NCBI RefSeq assembly: GCF_006345805.1
Contig: NC_042998.1
Span: 120,900,001-120,964,000, forward strand
Direction: 5' to 3'
DNA length: 64,000 nt
From: Octopus sinensis
Lineage: Eukaryota
Below are positions 36,165-49,443 of the stretch, piece by piece; position 1 is the stretch's first letter; each line of letters begins with the position of its first letter. The notes beneath the pieces are model-generated. The model worked only from the letters and a program-made list of their open reading frames with translations. It searched no databases and was not told where the DNA came from. The translations under genes were made by a program, and so were the position numbers.

Positions 36165-36520
36165 TTCTTTTATTTGTTTCAGTCATTTGGCTTCGGCCAT
36201 GCTGGAGCACCGCCTTTAGTCAAGCAAATCGACCCCAGGACTTATTCTTTGTAAGCCTAGTACTTATTCTATCAGTCTCTCATGCCGAACTGCTAAGTGA
36301 CGGGGACATAAACACACCAGCATCAGTTGTCAAGCGATTTTGGGGGAGACAAACATATACACACACACACACACAAGACGGGCTTCTTTCAGTTTCCGTC
36401 TACAAAATCCACTACAAGGCTTTGGTCGGCCCGAGGCTATAGTAGAAGACACTTGCCCAAGGTGCCATGCAGTGGGACTGAACCTAGAACCATGTAAGCA
36501 AGCTACATGTAAGCAGCCAC
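36165..36520 (-). mobile_element. SINE family A, near full length
   Basis: ttgtttcagtcatttggcttcggccatgctggagcaccgcc...gcccaaggtgccatgcagtgggactgaacc. Confidence 0.85.
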
Positions 36521-36699
36521 TCCTGCACCTAAAAATATGGAATGTTTCACGAATTTGCATGTCATCTTTTTTCACAGGAGCCATGCTAATCTTCTCTGTA
36601 TCATTCCAATTTTAGTATATGTACTGCCAAAGCAAGTACATATACACATTTTAAGACCTAGGGAACTCACTTGGTGAATGGAACTCTGTTTAATCTATC

Positions 36700-37340
36700 A
36701 GTGTCTCTTTATCAGAAACAAAGATTTGATAACACCAATGGAACAATATTTGCAGCAAATTCTTGTTTGACTTGTTATTGTTTCAGGTTGCCAGTATCCC
36801 CATGGTTATTTGTGTTATGACTCATTTTCTTCATTATCATTCACGAGCACTCAGATGATTCTCAAATCACAATTTCCTTCAGACTCAGAGCTGCTGTATG
36901 AGAGCCATCCTGATCTTATAGTAAAGTACAAATTCACAGCAGAGCTTATGACAGCTCAGCTTGTTACCTCCAAATGGGAAAAATTTCCAAGCTATGCTGA
37001 GCTCTGTATGATCATCAAGCAAGCTCTAAAGCTAGCAACCCTAGTCTCCTTGAATATTCATCACTACCATCATTGGTGTTTTCCAGATAAAATATTGTTG
37101 ATTGTACCATTTCTACATCATCAATACTGAAGAAAGCAGGAAAACAATAGCATTAACAAATATAGCAACTTCAATGACAATTATCTTTTTCAACCTGTTG
37201 TAGCATTAAGTCAACCAGCATTAATGGCTTCTCAACCTAAAACTTTATTTTTGAACTTGGGGCTAAAATAACCAAGACAACAGGAGATTAATTGACCAAA
37301 CAATTTAAAAGTGCAGATAACAGCCATTGTGCCTTTATAA
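36700..37340 (+). mobile_element. CRE-like REL-endonuclease LINE, 3' part, decayed
   Basis: EKFPSYAELCMIIKQAL (compare GRFPRHxALNDIIKRAL), then frameshifted KYSNFNDNYLFQPV...FELGAKITKTTGD (compare KYxxLxxxYxFxPxAxET..G..I...TGD). Confidence 0.55.
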
Positions 37341-37415
37341 ATTGTTGAGCTATGATCACTCAATTCCACTAATTGTTTCCATGGTAATCAGGAGATATAC
37401 TAAAAGTACTTTAGT

Positions 37416-37456
<41 letters not shown>

Positions 37457-37548
37457 TGTATGTGTATACTTTTAATAAATAGTGGATGTACTATAAACAC
37501 TTTACAATGTTTATATTTATATATATAAATGCTGAAAATGCACAGAAA

Positions 37549-38508
37549 ATAGACTCCATCAACTGCCAGAGGGGAAAGCTAGAGGTAGTAGATAACTTCC
37601 ATTATCTAGGTGGCCAAATTAGTAGTGGAGGTGGATGCTCCGAGAGCATAGCTGTGAGAATAAGATTAGGATGTACAAAGTTCAGAGAGCTCCTACTCCT
37701 GTTGGCAACAAAGGTCCTCTCTCTCTGAGTGAAAAGCAAATTGTTTGATGCCTGTGTGCAAACAGCCATGCTGCATGGCAGTGAAACATGGGCTATGAAA
37801 GCCAAGGACATGCATAGGTTTGTTGAACATACATACTGACATTGCACATCCAGTAAAGCATACTGGCTTCATTTCTTTCAGAGAGTAAGCATCTTGAAAG
37901 AAAAGTTAGGCATAAGAGGAACCAGATGTGGTGTGCGAGAGAGACGACTGAACTGGTATGGTCATATAATGTGAATGGAGAAGGACAGCTGTGTAAAGAA
38001 TTGCCAATGTCTAACTATGGAGAGAACTTGTGGTAGAGTTAGATCCAAGAAGACATGGGACAAGGTGGTGAAGCTTGGACTTTGAGCCTCACAGAGGCAA
38101 TGGCTGGTGACTGAGACCTTTTAGCAATGTGTTGTGCTTGAGAGGACCCATCAAGCCAAGTGCACCCCTGCTGGTGGCACATAAAGAACATCTTATGAAC
38201 GTTGGTCCTGACAGAAGCAAAGTGGGTGAATTCCTTTCGAGCATTAGGCCTCACAGAGGCAATGACCAAAACCTTTGGCATTATGTTGTGCTTGAGAAGA
38301 AGACCCATCAAACCAAGCAAAATTACAGTTGAGGCAGATACCAGTGTCATGCAAATTGGCACCTATGCCAGTGGCACATAAATGCACCCTGATGTCACAT
38401 AAATGACACGTAAAAGCACCCATTACACTCTTGGAGTGGTTAGCATTAGGAAGGGCGTCCAGCTGTAGAAAACCATGCCAGCATGGACAATGGATGTTTA
38501 ATGATGAG

Positions 38509-38510
<2 letters not shown>
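37549..38510 (+). mobile_element. RTE LINE 3' portion: RT C-terminus plus 3' UTR and family B tail
   Basis: LEVVDNFHYLGGQISSGGGCSESIAVRIR...DACVQTAMLHGSETW...ERRLNWYGHI...KKTWDKVVK; gcctcacagaggcaatg duplicated at about 38084 and 38247; family B core at about 38430-38500. Confidence 0.85.
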
Positions 38511-38551
<41 letters not shown>

Positions 38552-39149
38552 AAAGTATTGTAGTTCGCTTGAAGCATTGTGTATTGTTTGTAAAAAATAA
38601 TGTATTTTGAATGGCACAACAATGCACTATGATAACAACACTGGACTATAATAACTGTTGTAATTTAATTATCCATAGTCTGATATAATATTTCGGAATA
38701 TAAAAATTTCTTCTTCAGATATCTTTAGGAATTGATCGAATCACTGCTATAATCGATTTTCCAACGGTTTTTCCGGAATTCCAGAAGGAGCCTTATGAGA
38801 CCAGTGCTGAGACACTTCGGGGGGAAAAAAAAGGGAAGGAATTATAGTGCATTGTTAGGACATGTTAGATAATATACTCTGAGATAAAGTAAGACTTGGA
38901 AGACAGGCTGAGCATGGTTAGAATGTGTTTGCTTGTGGATATGTTCAATCGGGATTGGCCTAAGGGTAAACGATAATTATGATGGTGGGAAAGTATTTGT
39001 TTGAGGCATCAACAATATTGCTTTAATTTTGAAATATTTCTCCAAAATCTTTAAAGTTTGGTAAATAGTATGTCACAGCATTGTAGCTATGTCTGTAAAC
39101 AGGGACAGCTTTCATCTGCTTACAGACACCACTGGTGCTTAATTCATTC

Positions 39150-39372
39150 CTATCACATACAAAGCGTATGGTTTCATGTAAAAAGCACTCATGCTGGTAC
39201 CACATAAAAAGCACTCAATACACTTTGTAAAGTGATTGGCATTAGGAAGGGCCTCTAGCTGTAGAAACCATGCCAGAGGAGACAATGGAGCCTAGTGTGA
39301 CTCCTGGCCTTACCAGCTCCTGTCAAACCATCCAACCCATGTCAGCATGGAAACCAGACATTAAATGATGAT
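39150..39372 (+). mobile_element. Family B repeat
   Basis: gtgattggcattaggaagggcctctagctgtagaaacc...catgtcagcatggaaaccagacattaaatgatg. Confidence 0.7.
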
Positions 39373-39384
39373 ATTGTTTTTGTT

Positions 39385-39560
39385 GTCTTTGAACTAATGG
39401 CAATGGAACCAGTGATACCACTGGTAAATCATCAAGTGTTTTCATCAACACCATCAAAGCAGTAGTAGCTGAAACTGGTTCTACTTCATGGTTGTGGCAG
39501 AAACTTGGTCTGGCAATCTCTCATGGCAATTCTGTGTATATCAGCATGCCACAAGAATAA
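39385..39560 (+). mobile_element. CRE-like LINE, extreme C-terminus
   Basis: TGKSSSVFINTIKAVVAETGSTSWLWQKLGLAISHGNS...* resembles the CRE ending SWLxQRLSLAxQRGN. Confidence 0.55.
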
Positions 39561-40380
39561 TGAAGGCTCCAACCTCTCCTTTTCTTTTCATGTAAATAAA
39601 AAGAAAAATGCACTATAAAAAATAAAACTAATAAACAATCTTTTTTTTTTTGTGATCAAAGTCAGAAAACTCCATTTCTGTATTACTGACTACATTCTTG
39701 CTTGCTTCAGTCCAAGACCCATTCTCATGTGTTTCCTCCCCCCCTCTCTCTCCACTCCCCCCTTATATGTGTGTGAATATGTATTTTGTTCTATATTGAG
39801 TTGTATCTAGTTATTTGTCATGCATAAACACAACATAATAAAATTGTGTTTGTGCAAATTCTAACTCATTCTAGCATTAACAATTCCAAATCCAAGAATT
39901 TTTCTTAGAAATTTTTTTCTTTTTCTTCTATTAACAATATTTGGAATTTATTTCTTACAATAAACACCTTGGAGATTTATCAACAGATTTATTGATTATT
40001 ATCATGTTTTATTAGTTTCCTAAATGTGTTTTGAATACCTTTCCCTTTTCCACCGCTTTGTAGCTATTATATTATTATTGTTGTTGTTGTTGTTGTTTAA
40101 TCCTTGGTCAACTTTGATCCAGCAGACTTATGATCAGAGGCATTTCAGTCCTAACCATCCTGTTTTATATGTTTGTACGTATGTATATAATGTATGTATG
40201 TGTGTGTAATGTATGTATGTATGGATGGATGGATGTATGTATCAGGAACTACACTACTCATTGTGCCTCTCTGCAAAGCAGGTTCTTCATTAGCTTGGTT
40301 CAGCTTTACATTGTTTTTCTATATGTGGATCTCATAAATGCTGGAAGTTATTATTGGGTTTATGTATAGGTCCAGTCTTG

Positions 40381-40545
40381 TATAGCTTCAGTTTTTTTAT
40401 ATACCCAGTCTGCAAAAAACAGCAGTATACAGTATAAAACCTATACTATGTCTGTAAAAACATGACTGTCTACAGCTTAAAATCTATATATCAGGTCTAA
40501 AAATATAACAGTGTACAGTTGAAAATTTGCAGGCTGTCTATAAAA
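40381..40545. repeat. Degenerate 43-bp minisatellite
   Basis: tacag..(t)aaaa starts at 40428, 40471 and 40514. Confidence 0.6.
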
Positions 40546-41126
40546 AAAATTCAATCACCTTTATAAAGTGTGTTAGACATTGAAAGAATATCAATGCTAA
40601 TATTTGAAAGACAATACTTGAGTATTGTTAACTGATGCCATCTTTTACAATGCCATTAGCACAGACAAAAGATTTCTATTTGTAACTAGGCTTTCTTTCT
40701 ACTTAGTCTTCTGAAATTGATACAATTTCAATGATTCTTCATTAATTGACATTCTTCATGCAGCCACTAGGAATCTGTCATTTTGTTTCATAACAATAAC
40801 AATGGAATACATCATCACCACACAGTATCGATATGTGTTTGTGTGTGTGTATATGTGTGTGTGTGTATGATTCAGAGAATCATGTGGCTGTCACAGTAAG
40901 CTCCACATTTGGAACTGGCTATCAGTCTACATGGTAATCAATTACAATGTGGTGTAATATAATGCATCCATGTAACTGAAAATCCAGAAAACTCGAGCAA
41001 TAATTGTTTTGTGAGGAGTAAATAAAGCATGAAGTCTAGAGGTGTGAGAGGTGAAAATGGATTTATTTTTCCATATGACAAATTTATCTTCACCTCTCAC
41101 ACTTCCTTACTTTATGATTTATATAT

Positions 41127-41171
<45 letters not shown>

Positions 41172-41272
41172 CATTAATATTTTGCGTAGACATTGGCAGT
41201 ACTAATACCTGGTGTTGAATTCAATATATGTATGCATCTGAACAAAGCATTAGTCAAGTACAGAGCAGTAAT

Positions 41273-41502
41273 AAGAAAAGAGATGACAAAGGAATAAATG
41301 ATTATCTTATGAACTTCATTAGCTTACAGTTGTTTCCACTATAAGATGTAGTAAACTCCTAGTTGAGTGCCCGGAAGCTCTGATGAAATTGTAAGGTGTT
41401 ACTTAAGTTATTCTATGAATCCACTGCATCTTATAGTGGAAACAATTGTAAGCAAATGAAGTTCATAAGATAATCATTTATTCCTTTGTCATTTCTTTTC
41501 TT
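41273..41502. mobile_element. Palindromic (fold-back) element with 80-bp arms and a 70-nt spacer
   Basis: 41273-41352 pairs with 41423-41502 at all but 4 positions (3 G-T, 1 A-A). Confidence 0.85.
41377..41453 (+). ncRNA. Candidate minimal type I hammerhead-like motif (Penelope style)
   Basis: gct|CTGATGA|a|attgtaag...cttatagt|g|GAAAC AATT GTA|agc: conserved core, 8-bp stem II (2 G-U), palindromic stem III loop, 3-bp stem I. The 10.1/11.1 pair is a non-canonical A/G. Confidence 0.35.
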
Positions 41503-44500
41503 GTATATTGCATTATGTGAAAATGATAGAATTTCTTCCTCAAATGACAAAAACAAGAGGTAAAAAAATGCTACCAATGAAGGAAAGTCTCCAACAATGG
41601 AAGATAGTTATCTCAAGCTAATCAAAAAGCCCCACAGATCCTGGATTAGCCCAACCACCAAGGACAAGTGCCCTTTCTTAGCTATCATTTCATGACCTAA
41701 AGGCCTATTCACCTGGACCATGTATCTCCATTCTCACCACCTTTCAACAAATTTACTTTCTACACTTCCTCTCCAAGTGGAACCTGAAAAATTAAATGAG
41801 AGCTTGGTCAAAGAGGAAAGCTCTTCTGTGCTTTCACTTATTTCTACAACACAACCTCTTTTGCCATAGCCATCAGTCAGAGGAAAACTGTTTGCCATTC
41901 CCAATCAAAGGAAAGCAGCAAGTAGATCTTCACAATGGACTTCATCAATAACCTGATCCATCCTATAAGCAACAACTGTTTGACAAAAGTTTACGAATCA
42001 GCAATGCTTGGAAGCTGAACAAATAAAATGAATGTAGAACAGATTCATTATTCTGTATAAATCTTGAACAAATCTGGTTGATGTCAGTTCTATGTCTGTA
42101 GGTTTATCTTGAACTAGCAATGCCCCTTGATATCACTGGCAGTCCAGAGATTTCTGGAAATTGTCCATAATTCCTGTGCCAAAAGTTGTCTGCAAGACTA
42201 GCCAATTGATTCTTGTTGATGCTCAAAGCTTCTACAAGAATATTGTCATTCTTCCCTATCACTAGTCTTTAATAAACCATCAATTACAGTGCCTGACTTC
42301 TAGAGGGCTGTGAATACCTGACAATATTCCAGATATCTTGGTTTTCACTTACCACCAGAGCCCTTTTATACTTAAAATGAAAACAGATAAACAGGTTTTT
42401 TTTTTGTTATTATTATTGTACATATAAAAGGACTCTGATGGCTTGTATAGGCTTAGGGGCTGAAAGGCAGGGAGGTGCAAATTCAAAGGATAACACACAC
42501 TTTAGCTACCTATCTTCATATAAATATACCACTGTGTTCACTATTCTATTTACCAAATATTGAATCAATATATTTCTGCTTTCAGTAAACATTCAATGGA
42601 TCATTGCGTACATTGCACTGCTTACCAAACATTTAGTTTATGTATCTTCAATGAATAAATTCACACACATTATGTTCACCATTGTAACCACAAAATAAAC
42701 CAACTAACATTGCAGTTCACTGTTAATCTGTTCACTGATCTGCTGAACGTCTTGCTAACCTTCCATACTTCCATTTCCCTCTGTCTACCTTGTAAAAAGG
42801 TTGCAGTGTCCTCCATATTTATCAAGGTCATTAGCACTGCTTTTCTCATCTCCTCTCTCTATATCTCTGTTTAACACATGCGTCTAATATTTTGTTTATA
42901 ATTTCTAACTTATCAAGAAATCTGAGTTTTATTAATGCTACCTCACATTAAGTACATCAACTTTTTCAAAAAGTCAATTCTAAGATAAAATTAATTCTGT
43001 GTATCTCTTATTCAATATTTTGCTAACTAAATATTTTCTGTTAACTTTTATAATTGGCAAAAGTTGAGAAAATAAAGGTAAATAAATATAAAACAAAAAA
43101 ATGCTGTTTTTATAATCTATTTATATTTTTCTGGCATGGTAGCTGTGTTGGTATCTCACCAAACATCTAGTACTAGAGGAATGAAGATGAAATACAAATC
43201 ATTTGAATTTCTTCTACCATAACCTAGATCGCAGCAGGGATTCCAATACCCCCTACCTCATTACCTACAAACCTACTGAAACTTTATACTAATCCCAACA
43301 TACTCCATCAACAATTCAATAGGAAGAGTGAAGAGAGAGTTATTGTTGTAGGCTATTGCAAAGTAATTTGAAAATAGAAAACAAAGTACATTTGTTTACA
43401 TTTGTCCAGTGTATTTGATTACATACCAAACCTACAACTAAAAGTTTTGTAATTCTTCAAAGGGTATACCTTATTGTACATTTTTATTATCCAAAGTACA
43501 CTGCTTAGTACCAATAATTATTAATTTATTACTATAGGAGTCAATCACCTGACAAGCATGACAGAATGTTTAATTTATCAACTATCTGCTAAGAGATTGC
43601 TAATTCAGACTTAGCCATTATTATTTAGTGCCTTTGAGTAATGTAAATTATTTATACAGAATATAGTTATTGATTATGTGTATGCCTCTGTCTACCTTCA
43701 TAGAGCAAATAAGACAGAGATAGGCAGTGAGTGCAGTTGGGCTGAGCACCAAGTCATTTGGTAGGTGTTTGTAGCTGGACTATCTTCATGTTTCTTAGAA
43801 GGGTCTACTGTAGTATGGTTTGGAGCGTGAGACATCTAGTTACCAGTTACAAAAATTGGTAGGAACTTTGCTGACAGATATTTGACTATTGTGCTGAGCT
43901 GGCTCAGCAACTACATAGGTGTTCTGTCACTAGATTAAACACCATTTGTTTTATTTCTCAATCAAAACATTCCAGCCATGACATCCCATCTTACTGTACC
44001 CTATGGTACCTGTGATATCATACTGTACTCAAGTACTTTATGATATACTCCACTGTACTGTTAACAAATACACTACCATATGGTTAGCTGACTTCTATTG
44101 TAAATTATAATTTAACTATTTCATCTGATGTCAATCCTTATATTTGCCTCTTAACAGACAAGAGTACAGTATACTGCTTCTAAAATCTGGGATACTCATG
44201 TTTTGAGTGAAGCTCACAATAGATTATGAAGTTGTAAATACATTGCTGAGGTAATGGAGGAATGGTCATGGCTGAAACAGCTTTGATCAAGGTTGACCTT
44301 GAGCTAAATAAATACAAATTCTGGTTTAAAAAGTCCAATTTAGAGAGAAAAGTTTACAACTGTCTTTGTTTCCTCTTTGTTTTTGTCTAACAATAAACAA
44401 CCATCTTTAACATTTTCTCTCCCTGAATGGACAGGGTAGGATATTTTTGAAGTGAGGTAAGTATGAATTGAAAAGGAGCCTCTTGGGGCAACAAGTGGGC

Positions 44501-44811
44501 CAAATATGTGGTCACTCGACCTGCTAGAAATAGCAGACAAATAAATCTCCCTAGAATTACCATCTAAAAAATATGGACATATTGCATAATGTAGTTCTAA
44601 GTTGCTTGTAAAAAAAGATGGAGAAGGTTATGGATGGAATATCTTTAATTACAAGTTTATTTAATCAAAGTTGAATTGGGGCTAAACAACAGCACCACCA
44701 CCTTTGGTTAAGTATCATCTTATCACAAGTCAATAACATCCTAAAAGTGAAATGTATCATAAAATACAAGTTCCCTGTACAGTACAGTGAATTAGTGTAC
44801 AGTACAATCAT

Positions 44812-44975
44812 CATCATCATCATTTAATGTTCCTTTTTTCCGTGCTGGCATAGTCTGGACAGTTCAGTAGGAGCTGACAAGCCAGAGGACAGCACTAAGC
44901 TCCAGTGTGTTTCAGTATGGTTTCTACAGCTTGGTGTCTTTCCTAATGCCAATCACTTTACAGAGTACAATGGAA
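44812..44975 (-). mobile_element. Family B repeat
   Basis: catcatcatcatcatttaatg...tgctggcat...ggtttctacagcttggtgtctttcctaatgccaatcacttt. Confidence 0.65.
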
Positions 44976-46063
44976 TATAAAATAAAGTACATGTTACCTT
45001 TAGTGGTGTACCATGTCAGTCTTGTTCCAGCAGACTCATAAGTGAAGGACATTCCAGCCAAAACCATTCAGTCTTTAATCAGACATAATATATTTAGGAC
45101 TACATGTACTTTTTCCACTTTTAAGGCAGTAAGGTGTGATTGGTGAAGTTTGGGTTGTAGTTTTATAGACAATACAGAGGTGTACACACACACACATTCT
45201 TTCAGTTTCTATCTATCACATTCACTCACAAGGTTTTGGTCAGCTTAGTAGGAGGCACCCAAGCTGCTGAATCTAAGATCACATGGCAAGTGAGGAAGTG
45301 AACTTTTTAACCACATAGCCATATTTGCACTTAAAGAAAGAAATCAATTAGATACATTTCCATCAAATTTCCATCAAACTGACATAAAAGTGAAGGTAAT
45401 ATTAATTAGCATAAAACAAGAAAACAATAATGTGTATGTAGTATATATATCTATAATAATAAATGCAAAATTCTGTCTATCTGGGACCCCTGTATCTCGG
45501 TCTACATTTGCTCTACATAGACATTCCATACCTTTTTGAAATCAGGATGATCCTGGGATTGAAAATCTGCCCTTTATTTGGTTCTTGAACATGCAGCTTT
45601 GGGATTTGATTTAAAAGCATTTGGGTTGCTATTTCTAGCAGTTAAAGCTTGGCTGATTCATGCCATCTTGGTTGACTTTTGTCAGATGACGTCAGAGATC
45701 AAGGGGGAGAGAAATGACATTCACTTTGTTAATTTCATGTTGAGACAAGAACTTTGAGACAAATTGGCCAAGAATTGGAATTCAACTTAGGATTGGAACA
45801 ATAGAATGATTGCATTACAGAATTAATTCCCATCCATCCTTAACCTCTAATCAAACACTACCGGGGCATATAGTCATTATAGATGTATTATTGTCATGCT
45901 ATTTAGCTCTCTTTAGTTTTGGACTACGGTTCCAATTAGCCCTTTGCAGGAGCTTTTTACATTCACATGAACTACCTACTCCTGCATCCTGGGCAATCCT
46001 TTGTTATCCTATTTAAATCCACATCCTTATATCTTGAGAGTATGTTCTGGCATATCACCACCA

Positions 46064-46065
<2 letters not shown>

Positions 46066-46141
<76 letters not shown>
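46066..46141. repeat. (CT)n microsatellite
   Basis: Pure CT run. Confidence 0.95.
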
Positions 46142-46145
<4 letters not shown>

Positions 46146-49100
46146 ATGTAACTCCTTTGCAGCCAAACACCTGTTTCTGTCCCTTTGTCATACTCTAACT
46201 TCTCATCACCTGGCACAAAGCCATCTTCTGCAGTACTACCCCCTCTCAAAGGATCTTTGCCTTGCAAGTTACTTAGCAACCTCACTGGTGCTGGTGCCAT
46301 GTAAAGAGCACCCAGTCCACTCTGTAAAGTGGTTGGCAGTAGGAAGGACATCCAACTATAAAAACCATGCCAAAGCATTAGAATGAATGATCCAAAGTTG
46401 AATCTGTTTTGTGATCATGTACATACCCAAGAATAAGAACTTGGTGACATTCAGACAATAAATCAATCAAAAGTGTCTGAATGTATACATTGTAACTATT
46501 ATGAAGATTACGATTTTCCAGACTAATAAGCTAATCTTACCAACTATTTGTCTCAGACATTTTGACATTGTTCTGTTTTTTTTGTTTTGATTAGGTCCAG
46601 AAAATTTAGTTCAAGTCATGTAGTGTAGTGAATCACTTGAACAGGAATTATGGGATTGGAGAAATCTGTTTTGTTCTGTGACTGGCTTTCATTCCGTTAA
46701 TGGGAGGAGATTTTATATATTGGCTAATTGGTACTATTACTTTGCCTCAGATCAACCCTTGTCTAAGAGACCTATCATCAAAAGCTTCCTAATTTAACAA
46801 CCATTTCCTTCTGCCATGCGTTGCTTAAGGTTACATCATCCAATATGTAATTTGAGAAAGATTTGACTGGTATTTCTATCATGTTGAGCAATCTTTGTTG
46901 GTTTGTGTATTGGTTAAGTTTACTTGTCGGCAGGAAAAGAACAGAAAAATGTGTGTATGCATTCTGCTGTGGGTGACTGGTATTTTAGAGTGTTATGTTC
47001 TTTGCTTTAACTTTCAAGACAGTAAAGTTAATCTGAGACCAGCAACATCCAATGAAGCCTTTCCGCTTCAACTTTTTTTTTTTTAATCCATAAACTATAC
47101 ATGTACTTTGGTTTGACAAAAGCCTGGAAAGTCTAGTGTCAAACATTGGTATTGAAATACCAGTCCCTGAACTGAACACTACTGCATAGTATTGAAAGTA
47201 CTACCTTTCCTATGCATAATTAGGACCCAATATTGTAACTGCTAAGGGTTCAGAGGCCTACAACTTTTCAATATCTTACCTAAAAACTGAAGAGGTCTAC
47301 AAAATATAGATGGTAAATGAGTAAAGAGACATATATATTCACCTCTAAAAATGAGGTTAAGAATATATGAAATGATAATATCTTACACCAGATATTTAGA
47401 GACAAAATATTATAGTTTCCTTTATATTTGGTTGTCAATCAAAAATAAATCTTTCAAGGCCATTTTGTCTTGTTGCAAAAATTTTGAAGGTTTTTCCTTC
47501 ATCAAGGACATATTAAAAGTTTTTTTTATCATACGTGCATTAGTAAATGTTAACTGAAAGTGAGAAATGTGCATTCATTAAGTAGCTGAGAGGCTTGTTA
47601 CTAGAGGCACTTACATCTTGTTGGTTCAGAGCTGGAGAATCTCGATTTATGAAGATTACTTCCTCTAAAAGTATGTATTTTAGGAAAAGGAAATGAGAAG
47701 TTGTGACAATCATATCTTCAGTGAAGTTTAGAGGGGATGTAATTGTCACTGCCCCAATCAATTTACTTGAAAGTTACCTCTTAAGTACCATTCATATATT
47801 GTAATATGTATCTTCTATGATTTTCATTTGTTTTATGTCATGTGGGAAAATATTGCTCATGGTTTACTAGTATTATTTAAAATAATGAAGATTTCTAACG
47901 CAAGAACAAAACCGTAATGGGGGTGCATTATTGTCAATTAGACCTAAGGTGTTGCCCAGTTTAACATCACTACCTGGTCCTTGGATGTTTGTAGTAGAAT
48001 CTACTCTTTTGTAAGCATTCAGACCTCATCTAAGTTTAAAATGTTAACTCAATGCACAGTCCATATGTTGTTTCTGCATCCTTTCTTCACACCAGTCTCC
48101 AAAACACTTCCTCTTCTGACTAATCCATAACACTGGTTCTTATTTTATTTCCACTGTTCAAATATTTCTTCCATCTTTTTCTCTCTGTCTTACTTCTTTT
48201 CTCTCCCACACATCTTGTTTGCTCCACCCCTTTTGCAAACACATCTGCCTTGCTACATCTCCAAGATACACATCATCTCTTCCTCTCTTTTCACTTACAC
48301 CTCTCCATACACACACCTTCCTTGTCCCATCCTATTGCAGACACTCTTTCTCTGTCATATCTCTTCTTTTTTTTTGCTTCACCTCTGTTGCAAGCACTCT
48401 TTGCCCCACCCCTACAAAGATATCAAGTCCACCTTCTCTACCTCCTCATATATGTTTTTCAGATATTCCACAAGAAGCTAACTTTCTTTAAATTCTTCCA
48501 TCACATCATTCGGTAGAACTAATTCCAAAGTTTTGTTTTATAACTTCAGTACCATTTGTTGTAAAAGAAAGTCAGACAACCCAATGTGGGAACCATTAAT
48601 TATTTATCATTAATTACATGGAAAAGTGCTGGTGTGGAGGACAGAGTGGGTGGTAGGTAATATTTACCTTGCTACGTCTACTCACCTGACATTCAGTCTT
48701 TTAACTGCCACTTTTTCCCTGTCTTCAATTAACTGTTATAGAATGCCAAGAACTTATTACCAAGGTGTTGTTGACCTTTCTTTTTACTACTGGACCAATG
48801 GGCTAGTATCAGACATTTGATAACGCTTCACTTATCTCCATTCCATGAATTATAATTGATTTGATCTTCTGTTTCTTGTGTTCTTGCTTTCTGTGATAAG
48901 TAAGGAGAAAATATCAGAGGAAATCTAATTTATAAGTAGTTACTTGTATAAGATAATCACATACATACATCATCTGCATCAACATTACTATCACTTTTTA
49001 AATTCTACAAAGGAGCCAGTCTATGGTTGTTCTACCTGCTAGAAATATCAAACAAATTCTTTCTTGCCTTATCATTTTAAAAAGGAAGAACACTTTGCAT

Positions 49101-49443
49101 AACGTTCCCAATATACAAAAGACTGGGTGGTCACTACTAGAATGCTTTTGATCATAGGTCTACTCAATCTGGGTTGATCTGGGAGCTAAACATCAACTAC
49201 AGCATGGTTGTACCCTTTTTTCTGACAGTCCACCCCCTTCCAGTAAGACACCAACTTCACCCAAATGCCTCCAGTGTTCACATTTCCTTGTTTACACCCC
49301 TACACACTGATTGTTATCTGAATTTATATTTTATGAATGAAATGCAAATATATCTGTGTAGAACTTTGGAAAACTATAAATCTTGCCCAAATGATGAAGA
49401 TTTAGTTCCAGATGTAGCACACACCAAAGAAGGTTAAGGTATA

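Noticed and set aside
38700-38830. CpG-containing patch with ttccggaa (ETS-like) as a possible promoter, or a minus-strand acceptor at about 38812
   Set aside because: Too short, with no downstream exon or start that I can link to it.
42353-42370. 18-nt minus-strand micro-exon with good AG/GTAAGT signals
   Set aside because: Too short to assess; such signals arise by chance in 64 kb.
45450-45540. A|TCTATAATAATAAATG, a Helitron-like 5' end
   Set aside because: I found no matching hairpin-CTAG 3' end nearby.
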